Of a stretch of 64,000 nucleotides of DNA, positions 25,714 to 37,910 are shown piece after piece. Under the pieces are notes generated by a model. The model did no database searches. It saw only the letters and a list, made by a program, of their open reading frames with translations, and was not told the DNA's origin. Source of the DNA: Eledone cirrhosa (Eukaryota). How positions within the stretch are numbered: the first letter of the stretch is position 1; each line of letters opens with the position of its first letter. Both the position numbers and the translations under genes were made by a program. Location of the stretch: the NCBI GenBank assembly GCA_964016885.1, contig OZ024745.1, positions 41,044,001-41,108,000 of the forward strand, in the 5' to 3' direction.

Positions 25714-27262
25714 GAAGCTGTGCCCTTCTTAAGGACAACTCCTGTATATGTTTAAGTATGGATCTTTTTTTACCATGGATCTTAAATCATCGAAATTTAT
25801 GTTATTTAAGATAATCGTATAGAACGACATCGGTTAGTTTAAGCAAAAAGCTAATCAGTCTCGCTACATTTTGATGTACATGTATGATATTTTCTACTGC
25901 CAATGTTATCTCCACTCCAGTTCAACGTGTGTAATTATATAGAAATATTCAAGTAGATGGAAATATAGTTGTGATTTGTAAGAATCTACCCCCGAGAGAA
26001 AGTGAGAGAATTTCATGACAGATAGAAATTTTACAATCGGCTAGAATATAGTGGAATATAACTGTTTGGCATAGACAGCAAAATCAAAAAGATACTTTGC
26101 TGCTTGATAATTTATTTTCAACAGACAGAATCATATCGACGACGCGGCCCACTACGAAGTATATGCAAATACAGAGAAATAGGTGAATAGCGAGTATTTA
26201 TGGAAGTAACTAACTGAAAATCTCGTTTCGTTTGTATATCTTTATATCTGCCTTTACTTTGCCTTTATTGGAGAATTTAATTTACAGCTGAGAGAACTTC
26301 GAATAGTTATAGCTGCAAACACGTGTGAATGTGGCCAGCAGTTGTGGATTTGAAATAGTTTAATGAATGTATGATGAGCACGAGTATACAAAAGGTGAGT
26401 GAAAGTTCTAGTGAGTTTAAAGAGAAAAGCTATATTTCCATTTGGTTAGAGAATATGAGGTTGTAACAATATTTCTAAATTATCCGAACTCTCTTAACAT
26501 CACCAGCTGTTGGAGTCAGGACAATAAAGATTCATATAAATATTCATCTGCTGGCTTCAGCTAAGAAGTCCAACCATTAACTAGTAATAAACATATTATA
26601 GTAAAGCATCAAGAAATGTCCACTTCGAACTCTAATATAATGAGAGGTGTGACGTATTTTCTTTTAACAGTTTCAGATAAATAAGGAAGATCGAAGGAAA
26701 GGAAGAAGTTATTTCCATTATTTTGAATATATTTTCCCCGATATTCTCATAAGACTGGTGGTTATCTGCAATTTCCTCGTAACACGCAGTGGGTGGATAG
26801 CAAAGAGAAATGTTTATCCCGTTCCTTGATGGAAGTAAATTCTGATATTATAATTTAATTTTACCCATAGGGAAAATATCTGCATAACGAAAAGTGAATT
26901 GTTGTTAGCTGTGGTGCTTCTCTGGAATAATTATTATAGACTGATTTATTCGGACTGGTGTCCTTATCTTAGTCGTTAAAGTTACAAGCACTTGGCTGTT
27001 TTATCATTAAACATTCTTCAGGTATCTGTCGTATTCAGGAATTTTCTGAGAATTTCGATCTGAACAGTCTATCTAAACCAGGGGTTTAGATTGTTGTTAT
27101 TTCGTTGTACATGTCCATAATTTTGACAAGGGTCTCAGTTCTAAATTCCGAAAATATTAAAAAATACAATCACCCGAAGAAGGGAGGAAGGTACAACGGC
27201 CGAAATTTTGTAATTATATGAACAAAGATAACATAAATCCAAATATATCAATTTATAGTAAG

Positions 27263-27476
27263 TGTTTCTGCATTTAGTATAAGGCTAGCAATTTGAAAAG
27301 GTGATAGTCGATTAAATCGACCTTAGTGCGTTACTGGTACATTATATTATCAACACCGTAATGGTAAAATACAAAGCTAACCTCGGTCGGATTTGAACTT
27401 AAAGCGTAAAGGGTCGTACATTTATACCACACACTATGTGGTCCGACGTTCAACCGATACTGCAGATCTACCACCC
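27263..27476 (-). mobile_element. older long-form SINE copy
   Basis: Diverged SINE containing GTCGATTAAATCGAC; candidate TSD ATCAATTTATA. Confidence 0.75.
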
Positions 27477-27639
27477 GAAATCAATTTATAATAATGAGGA
27501 TTCTCCTCAGTAACTAAACAAATTTCCTTAGAACAACTACAAATGTTTTGACTTCTTTTCATCTGGAACCATAACAACAACAACTGGCCATGCTGTATTT
27601 ATATCATTTCAACTAATCACGTCAATTCAATTAAATAAT

Positions 27640-27841
27640 AGTTTGTGATTTAGGCACAAGGCCAACAATTTTGTAGGAGAGGAAAGTCAATTAAATCGAC
27701 TCCAGTGAATTACTGGTGCATTTTTTTATCCACCCTGTAAGGAAGAAAGGCAAAGCTAACTTCTCCGGGATGTGAACGTAAAGGGCTGTAACATTATGTC
27801 ATGAAGCATGTTGTCCGACGTTCTACCGATACTGCCAATGC
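27640..27841 (-). mobile_element. older long-form SINE copy
   Basis: GGCACAAGGCCA...GGAAGAAAGGCAAAGCTAAC...CTACCGATACTGCCAA. Confidence 0.75.
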
Positions 27842-27924
27842 CTAAAACTAATTCCACTAACTCTGAGAGAGGTTAAACCTCTAACTAAACATTATAGCAG
27901 TTACCAACTGAGCCAACAGAAATA

Positions 27925-28120
27925 ATGATTTCTACATTTGACAAAAGGCCAGCAATGAGAAGGGAAGGAGAAAGTCGATTAAATCGACCCCAGTGCGAGA
28001 CTGATACCTTATTATATCGACCCCGTAAGGATGAAAGGCACAGCTAACCTCGAAAGAACCGTAACTCTATGCCACAAAGCATAGTGACCGACGCACTACC
28101 TACCGCACGACGATACTGCC
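27925..28120 (-). mobile_element. older long-form SINE copy with internal deletion
   Basis: AGGCCAGCAA...GTCGATTAAATCGACCCCAGT...ATCGACCCCGTAAGGATGAAAGGC. Confidence 0.75.
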
Positions 28121-28352
28121 TATCTGTCAGTACTTGAACGTGTAGGTAGATAGCCATGTATCTGCACATGTTAAGTAAGCTATACGTGAAATAAGTACTA
28201 CCTCACTGGTTTTACTTCATTTACCTCGAATACGTCTAATTCGTGTAATCAAAGTTGATATTTGCTGGATTTCATATTAGTATTCATAGACATAAATATA
28301 GGTGTGAAGTTAAAAGGTTTGGCTCACAAACATAGAATCAGTTGCATTATTT

Positions 28353-28510
28353 GGCGGTGGATTGGCAGTATCAGTAGTGTGTTGGATGCCATGCTTTGCA
28401 GCTTAGAGTTACTGCCCTCTACGATCTGAGTTTAAATTCCGCCGAGGTTTACTTTGTCTTTCATCCTTACGGGATGATTGCTGGCATTGTGCCCAAAGTA
28501 GAAACAATTA
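28353..28510 (+). mobile_element. SINE copy with internal deletion
   Basis: GGCGGTGGATTGGCAGTATC...CTTTCATCCTTACGGG...GTAGAAACAATTA. Confidence 0.85.
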
Positions 28511-28576
28511 TTTGTCAAACATGTGTCTTCTCCTTTAGCCTCAGATTGATTCACCTCTTATGAGTGAAGTATGGTA

Positions 28577-28703
28577 TTGAGCTCAAGATCCGCTAAGGTG
28601 AAATAATTGTTCTCGGTATGGTGAACTGTTGTGTTACCACTTCTACCAAACTCGACTATGGACTGAATGCTCTACCACTATGGATATTACCTTCCAGTGT
28701 TCT
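28577..28703 (+). mobile_element. family F PLE-like end with decayed hammerhead and tail
   Basis: Homologous to 52435-52563. Confidence 0.65.
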
Positions 28704-28735
<32 letters not shown>

Positions 28736-28736
28736 A

Positions 28737-28777
<41 letters not shown>

Positions 28778-29000
28778 GGAGAAAGTTTACCAGTATTTCT
28801 TAAATCACGACTCAACATTCTGAAAGATATACTGATTCTCTATAGATGCTGCTGAGTTTTCCGTCTAAAGCGGTATTTTACCCTATGTATTAAAACTATT
28901 ATTGATAGCAATAAACTGTGTCTATAGTTATTTCCTGCTCTCCATTTTTGTTACATGTTTTAAGAATTTATTTACACACACACACACACATATCTATCTA

Positions 29001-29060
<60 letters not shown>

Positions 29061-29488
29061 TATATATGTGCCGTTTGTGGTCACGTTTGCTCTTTATGTT
29101 TCGTGACCTAAAGCTTCGATAATAAGTGATCGATAAATTATTATAGGGTCACAACTAAATGCTGCCAGGTATTTCTCCTTCACTCATCCGATTGATGCAG
29201 TCCAGCTTTTCAACATATAAAGTCGAAATAGGTTCATGTGACCTTAATACCTTTTCCAGAAGCATTAAAATATTATTGATCTCGTGCGTCTCATTCCATT
29301 GCTACTCCAGTATATGAGAAAGTTCACATCAATAAATAGATGAGTTGATCTGACTAAGGTTTAAAGTGAAGACAAAAGTAAATTTTGAAAAGAATGTATT
29401 GGATTAGTTTACTGCTTTTGTAGATTTAGCATTCTTCTTCTTACTAAAGAAAGGCTGAATTTTGTACATCTGTACAAAACCAAAGTAT

Positions 29489-29661
29489 AATTGTTTCTAA
29501 TTTTGGCACAAGGCCAGCAATTATTCCAGTGTATTACTGGTACTTTATTTTATCGACCCCGTAAGGATGAAAAGCAAAGTTAACCTCGGCGGGATTTCAA
29601 CTCAGACCATAAAGGGCCGTAACTCTTTTCTGCAAAGCATGGCGTCCGACTCTCTACCGAT
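29489..29661 (-). mobile_element. SINE copy
   Basis: Matches family consensus. Confidence 0.85.
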
Positions 29662-31147
29662 AAACCCAAAATATAATGAATATGAAGAGGGATCCTCCAT
29701 CGTTTCCGATGGTGAAGTTTCAGTTGCTTAATCAACCAAATGACTGACTTGTGAATTACGGTGTGATTGGTTGAGTATACAAGAGATACATTAACGAAAT
29801 TCTTAACTAGAATCAACGTGACAAAATATGTAACAGAGGCTGGGCTTTACAATTACATGTACAATCAGTCGCTGGACACCTATGTGGCTTCCGTCTACAC
29901 ATAACCCGGGATCAATTCTAATGACACTTGCTCATGTGTCACGCAGTGAAATGGAACACACAACATAGTCATTCGAAAGCACACTTCTTACCCACTCAGC
30001 TATGTCTGCATCCACAGATTCCATGTTTATGAAGGGAGACGTCGAGTAACCAAAGGAAATAAGAGAGAAAAATACGTTAGTTGCAACGTGCAAGTAATAC
30101 TAATTTGTGTGGTGACGTTAAAGAGAAATAAAATCATGTTAATAAACATCATACCATTTTTCCAACACAGCAGTATCGTTATACTATATATAGAACATCA
30201 ACAATAATGGTCACTAATTTAGGATCAAAAGCAGCGATTTGGGAGATGTTAAGTGTATTGAAACGGCACAAATACTTGACCGGTGCTTTGGATTATAGAT
30301 GTAAAGTTAACCATGGCGAGACTAGAACTCAAACAATATTCGAAATGAAAAAGACTGATAGTCAGATCGGAAAAAGGAAATAATGTTTCCATCTTTATGT
30401 TGTTAATTCTATCAGTCGGTTGCAGCTTGTGACAGAGAAGGCGAAATTTTAATTCGGAGAGCTCAAAGGCGTATCCGATAACGACGTTAACAATCCTACA
30501 TGTCTACCGCCCCTAAAGAAGGAAAGACAAAGTTGACATCGGCGGGATTTGAACGCAGAGAAATGAGCCAGACATATTCCGAGGAATCTAATACCGGAAA
30601 AATTCCAAGGTTTTTAATCCGGCGCCCTAACGACTCTGACAATAAACCACCCGTGCATTAAGAACGAAAACTATTAAGGCAAGAAGAGCGTTTATGAGAA
30701 GAAAGGTTACAATTCTCTCAGGGAAGTGAACTTTAGACGCTGATACGACAGAATGACATATTGTCTTATCTAATGTCAAAATAAGATATCTGGTGGGATT
30801 TGGATAATGTTTCCGTTGGATTAAATCTAACATATCTTGACAAATGCAGTAAATCATATATTGTTTTTCTAATCCAATCTTACTAAAACTAAAAAGTTAA
30901 TTTTCTCAGATGCAACCTATTTCGTACACTCCCTTTCCACATCTCCACACAATGAAACCACCATTAATAAAAAGATTTTTAAAATGATACTTACAGACAA
31001 GTATACATACCATCAATCAGACACAAACACACACACATATATAAATATACATATATATATATGTGTGGTGTGTGTGCGTGTGTGTGCATGTGTGTCTGTG
31101 TGTGTGTGTGTGATACATGCAAAAATACATTATATATTTATATATGT

Positions 31148-31178
<31 letters not shown>

Positions 31179-32046
31179 TGCTTTTGTGTCTATTTATACA
31201 GTATATATGAATGCATATATGTGTGTTTATATATATATATATATATATATATATCCATATATATATGTATATATATATATATGTACATAATATATATATA
31301 TATATATATATGTATGTATATATGTCTGTGCGTGTATGTGTGTGTATCTATGTGTGTGTTTTTGTAGGTAAGTGACAATTTTTTTCAGTGGGAAATATAT
31401 TTTTTCTTCGATTTTTTATCGTGGGCTATCAAATAGTTTGACCGCTACCAGGCTCGTAATTGACGTTATCCCATACGTCGGAGCCCCCCCCCCCCCCGGA
31501 GTTTTTTATGCAGTTTTATTTTCGCTTGTCATTAACGAATATGACCTCGAAGCTAAACGAAAACCACTATCTTTGTGGAAAACGAAGGGGTTAAGAGGAC
31601 GACTTGGTTAGAAAAGAATTATTTATACTGTTTTAGCTGTTTCCTTGTTTTTTTTTCGTATGTTATCAACTAATCTGACCTGCGAACCTTCCGTAAAGGT
31701 CTTTTTTTCCTTGAAACGGAGGTGGGTTCCCCCAGATTACCCTGACCCTAACCCTAACCCGGGAAAAATATCGATTGAAAGCATGTGTAAAGTCAGATAA
31801 GTTGATAGCACGCGAAAAATACAGGAAGAGGGGAAATTATTTCACATTTGAAATCGAAAGGGGTGTTCAATAAATTTAGCGAAGTTTTATACGAATTCTA
31901 CATAATCTTTACGATTTTATGATAATTGTTTCATGACTAGATTTGTATGATGGATGCTTAGAGTTTTTTTTTTAAATATGATTGTAAATATTAAACTTAT
32001 TTTGGCAGATATTCTGCTAACTACAATTTGTTCTTTATCATAATAA

Positions 32047-32234
32047 ATGTTTCCTCTTTTGGCACAAGGCCAGCAATTACCCAGTGCATTACTGGTACTT
32101 TATTTTATCGACCCCATAAGGATGAAAGGCAAAGTTAACCCCAGCGGGATTTGAACTCAGATCATAAAGGGGCGCAACACTATGCTGCAAAGCATGGCGC
32201 CCGACCCTCTACCGATACTGCCAATCCACCACCC
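32047..32234 (-). mobile_element. SINE copy, full length
   Basis: Matches consensus; TSD TTTATCATAATAA on both sides. Confidence 0.9.
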
Positions 32235-32967
32235 TTTATCATAATAATGGATTATTGAACAGCTAAATCTCTTGAATTGTCTATGGGGTACTTTACTATC
32301 ATATTTCTTCAAGTATACATACAGTAGACTTCTGGAAGAATTGTTATATCCATTCAACACACAAATCCTATCGTATAGATATCTTGGCTCTTAAGTTATT
32401 GGCGATAATGATAATTCTGCAATTCACCTCTGGTATATAATATCATTTTCAGCAGCGGCTTTGTGGGTGCTGTAAAGTGTTCTGTCAATTTGTTGTAGGC
32501 TATAGAAATTAAGAGTGCCTTTAACTTCAATGTTTAATATAATAAGGATATATACTTCTCTCTCGTCTATGGCATTTCTAACACAGATATCTCGTCTAAA
32601 TAATATGTAGTAAAAGAGTATATGGGAGTATTATATTTCTCTGGCATTTCAACAATCTATGTAGGTACTAGTCATACAATCACAGATGTATTTCATAGGC
32701 TTCAGTTTATTCTTTCATAGGCTTCGCTCCAGTGATTCTACCTCTTTCATGTTAAAAGACCCCATAGGTATATCGTATTTGTTTGAAAGATTTCTGTGAT
32801 ATTTCAGAAACAAGATTTTAGAAGAGAAGCTGTTCGCATACACATAAATGAGAAACTACACTTGAGTTAAGCAGGACAACCCACTATATTAATTTAAGCA
32901 TATCACCCATCACTTCATGCAGGTACGTTCAGATTGATTCGTTAACTATTATTTTACTCAGTGAAAT

Positions 32968-33314
32968 AATTGTTTCGACTTTAGGCACAAGGCCAGCAAA
33001 TATACCAGTGTATTACTGGTACTTTATTTTATCGACTCCGTAAGGATGAAAGGCCAAGTTAACCTCGACGGATTTGAACTCAAACCGTAAATGGTCGTAA
33101 CTCTATGCAGCAGAGCAGTGAAATAATTGTTTCTACTTTTGGCACAAGGCCACCAAATACCCAGTGTATTACTGGTACTTTATGTTATCGACTCCGTAAG
33201 GATGAAAGGCAAAGTTAACCTCGGCGGGATTTGAACTCAGAATGGTAAGTGCCGTAACTCTATGCATCAAAGCATGGCATCCGACTCTCTACCGATACTG
33301 CCAATCCACCGCCC
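32968..33314 (-). mobile_element. two SINE copies in tandem (one 5'-truncated, one full)
   Basis: Both match consensus; CAGTGAAATAAT occurs before, between and after them. Confidence 0.85.
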
Positions 33315-33681
33315 TCAAAGCAGTGAAATAATATTCATAAATAAGGATTTACAGACACATACTCGAAATATCTTTTCAAATAACTCTATTATGATTATAA
33401 GTAATTATTTTATTTTTCATCTTTTTACTCGTTTCGCTCAATTGAATATGACCAAGGGAGATTACCGTAATCAAGTATTATTTTACTACATATTATGTAT
33501 ACGTGTGTGTATTCATATACATACTAGTATTTCAGTATACATATATGGATGTACATCTTTAACTTAATTGTTCAAGTATTATATATTATACTAAAAATCC
33601 CTAGACGTATTTTAAATTGGTACTTATTGGATCTATTCGTCAGGCAAAAGGAACGCTATTCGTTTTTAGACGGGCGTATTC

Positions 33682-33743
<62 letters not shown>

Positions 33744-33837
33744 ACACGTATATTTACATATATATATGTGTGTCTGTGCGTATGTGTATGTGTGTGTGTG
33801 TGTGTGTGTACATTATACACAAACACAAATACACACG

Positions 33838-33871
<34 letters not shown>

Positions 33872-33874
<3 letters not shown>

Positions 33875-34003
33875 GATGTCCCCCCCAAAATGTATACATA
33901 GTTTGATTACTTGTACAGGCAATATTTATTAGAATGCTGTTGAAGTCTGTATATATTTTTTTTCATACAGGTTATCGATGTGTGTATACATTTTTGGGAC
34001 ACC

Positions 34004-34006
<3 letters not shown>
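33872..34006. mobile_element. Tc1/mariner-type MITE (~135 bp)
   Basis: TIRs CAGGATGTCCC(CCCC)AAAATGTATACA / TGTATACATTTTTGGGACACCCTG with TA on both sides. Confidence 0.75.
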
Positions 34007-34056
<50 letters not shown>

Positions 34057-35963
34057 GGGGGGGGGGGGGGGTCAGGCGTGTGCCTCTCTGTGCGCATGTG
34101 TGTGTTTCTAAATATTGTGCATGACGGGCGTACACACATTTTCTGTCTAGCGAATTCTACTCGGTCTATACTTGACAATATGAGGCTATAGATAAAGAAA
34201 CATATCTAAGTTGGTATGTAGTGAAATCCAAACTTGGTCAAAGTGGCTACGGAGCGTACTGGTTAACCACACACCAGCTATGCGTTTAACTGTAATGCAT
34301 TTTTCTAATATCATTGTTAGTCTTTCTTATTCATGTGAGTCCATACTCTTGATAAACTGCTAAAATATATTGCTATACTTATCATTACGTATACATAGAC
34401 TTAGGCAATGCAAATTAGTTATGAGTTTTGCTTCTTAATTATAGGGCAAAGATAGAATCGGTTTGTAACCCAGTCATGTGAGCGGAACAATTCCCTAGAA
34501 TACTCAACCAGTTACACCTTCGAAACTGACAAAAGAGCCACCACAATAGTCGCCATCATTTGTCTTTGAATTAATTTTAGTTTGGAAACGCTATGTTGAT
34601 TTCTAATTTTGACGCAACGCCAGTAAATTTCAGTGAACGTAAACTTCATTAAATTAACCACCGTACCTGTCTGGTACTTTAATCTATCGACCTACGGTGG
34701 TATGAAAGACAATGTTGATCTTGACAGCACCTGAATTCAGAATGTAAAGAACCAGAAAAAAATGTCGCAATCACATTTATTTGAAGGTCTACCAATTCTG
34801 TCTATCAGCCACCCCATTTGGAGACTTATAATTTACGTTTAAATCAAATTAGTAGAACATTCTACAGATAAATGTATTTATATAAACAACTTTTCAACGT
34901 ACTTGTGTAATGTTAAGACAGCGTCGTTGTATTTCTGGGTAAAAAACATATGTAAGCATTCTTCCAGTTCAATACCACCTCAGTACATTCACCCTGTGTA
35001 TCACAGTCGGTTTGATTATATATCCCGTTATCAAATTACAGCAATATTAGTTCTTGCACAGAACTTAATTGAAAACTGTTGTTTACTTGATAAACAAACG
35101 ATTAATCATTTTTAACATTTCTGAGAAATGTTATAAATATACACATACGTGGAGCGTATGAGTGTATGTGTGTGCGTGCATGCGGCTATCTGTGCATGTA
35201 TGTAAGTGTATAAGTATGTCTGCTGAACTAGCAGAAGCGTTAGAGTGTCGGACAAAATTCCTTTCTTTATGTATTACGGCTACATGTGTTCAAATTCCAC
35301 GTAGATCAATTTTCCTTTTAATCCGTTTAGAGGCAATAAATAAATACCAGTCAGGGACAGTTGTGGGGCAGGGTTGTTTCGATGACAAACAGCTTGCTGT
35401 GTTGTGATTGTTAAATGTCTTTCCCTTTTCAGTTCGAGAACTACTTGTATTGTAAACATAATTGACCGCCCGGTTTATCACCAGCACATATTGCGATCAT
35501 TCGATTGAGATCACCTAGTAAAAGACATCATCCTCCAATAAAAGACGAGTAATTCAAATGTGCGCAGTATGCGATTCTACCAAAAATACATTTTTCATTC
35601 TTCTATTACTGCTTACAGTGGTGAATGGCGCCAGCGTGCGTTTGCTATGTGCTAAGAGCCATTACCATTTGCTTTTTTGTCTTTCAACTATACAGGCTAA
35701 TAGCTTTCCAATCATCTCCGTGTATATATATTTATATATATATATATAGCATATATATTGCACAGGTCCTCCTTTTGTTTATTTTCATCTTGGCTACTAA
35801 GCATGCGGTGTTTTCTCATTTGGGAAACACATATATTGCGACCCATGAAAAATGATTCTCGTACTGTATGAGAAGCCCCCTGATGCTTAGCGATTTTTCA
35901 CAATGTTATATGTCTTGGATGATTAAGAGGTTTGACATTGGTCTTATATGATATACATACCAG

Positions 35964-36026
35964 TCCGAGTTGAAGATCCGCATACGTTGAAACAATTGTT
36001 CTCGGTATGGTGAACTGTTGTGTTAC
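35964..36026 (+). mobile_element. family F PLE-like end with decayed hammerhead
   Basis: CCGAG TTGAAGA...GAAA CAATTG TT CTCGG TATGGTGAACTGTTGTGTTAC then (TA)n. Confidence 0.6.
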
Positions 36027-37427
36027 TATATATATATATGTGTATGTGTGTGTGTGTGTATATATATAATAATACATATATCTTTGATATATATATTCAT
36101 ATGTACATGTGGGTGGGTGTGTTTTTGTGTGTGTATATATATATCGTTCGAATAATAGATAGAGATATAAATATTGGCATTCATAAGCATGTTGGAATAT
36201 GTGTGCGAGGGTCTGTTTGCCTGTGTGTGAGAGAATCTGTATCGACAGGTAACACACAAAATATGTTTCTGTATACATGGTATGTTTGTGCACAACCACT
36301 GAAACTGACAAACGCATAAAACTATAATTGAAAAGTAAGTGTCCATGATAAAATTCAAAGTCTATCCCAATTTAATCACTACTACCCATAATTATAAATC
36401 TAATTTGCAATATCCACCGATTTATGAAAACTGCAATACCATTATTCAATGGAACAAAAGTAATCTGGAAAAATGTCCGACATGTTATAATTTATTTTGT
36501 TTTTTATCGTCTCTTTGTTAGCGTGTGGTGTGTCTGTGTATCAGTGTATGTGAGTCAATATGTCTGTGAGTATGGAGCTATGTCTATAACTATGTGTAAT
36601 ACTATTTAAAGCCACGCAAACTTCTATAAAACGTATAGAATATAAAGACAAAGCAATTCTAACAATCGAATGATATAAAGAGAGCAATTATCTAAACAAA
36701 CAAACAACGCTGACTGCTACAACAATTACACTATCTACAACAATAACACCAGCAACAATAATTCTCGTATTTATTTTTACATCAGTTTCACCGAAACATA
36801 ATTTAACTCCAAGTATTTTTTTATCATTCGTTTTTATTATATTTATTTTTTACGACTACTGTTTTTGCTATAGTACACACACTAAATACATGAAGTGAAC
36901 ATAATCGGATTTTGCAGTAAATTGAAGGTCCGTTTGGTTCATTGTTATTAAGTAAAAGGTGTATTTGTAATAAGGAATACCAAAACTTCAATTGATAATT
37001 CTTTTTTCTTTTTTATTCTCTCTCTGTGGTCGTATCGTTGTTGTCGTCGTTTTAAATATTTGTTTTATTACTATTTAATTTTTTATCATGATATTTTGAT
37101 AGATTTTTTTTATTTTACTTTATACTTTTATTCTCTATTATTTATTATATTATATATTTTAGTTTTAGTTTTTAGTTTTTAATCTTTTTTTTAAAATTAT
37201 TTTCCTGTCTTTCTTTCGCCGTCAGGATATTGACTGTTTCTAATTAGTCATGCTTCATAAATTAAAACAGAGTAAAACTGTAGCGAAACGGAGTTTGGAA
37301 GAAAAACACAAATATATATAAAACACTACAAATATATTTATGTTAAAGCTTGAAAAAGCAACTAGAAAAGAATAAATAGAAGGTAATATAACAACACAAA
37401 CAGAGAGAAAATATAATAAAATAATAA

Positions 37428-37645
37428 TAATCGTTTCTTATATAGGCACAAGGCCAGCAATTTTGGGGGAGGGGAAATTCGATTAAATCGACCCCAGTGC
37501 TTGACTAGTACTTAATTTATCGACCCCGTCAGGATGAAAGGCAAAGATAACCTCCGCGGGATTTGAACTCAGACCATAAAGGGCCGTAACACTTTGTTGA
37601 AAAGCACAGCGTCAGACCCTCTACCGATACTGCCAATCCACCGCC
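37428..37645 (-). mobile_element. long-form SINE copy
   Basis: Consensus plus GGGGGAGGGGAAATTCGATTAAATCGACCCC segment. Confidence 0.85.
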
Positions 37646-37910
37646 ATAGGAATAATAATAATAATGCTTTCTTTATTAACCACAAGGTTTTACATAAAGT
37701 AGACATTAAGGACAGTACAGTACAATACAGGACGGTACAAATGGGCATTTCTGCGTGTAAAAAAAAACAAAGGATGTAATAAAAATAACAATGAAAAATT
37801 CCCCAATAGGGGGAGACTTCCGAGGGACATTTGTGGAGAAAGCCCATTAAAAGGCCACAGTGACCCTGACCACCAGGGCAAGTGCCCTCTCCCAGTTTTC
37901 CACCTTTAAT

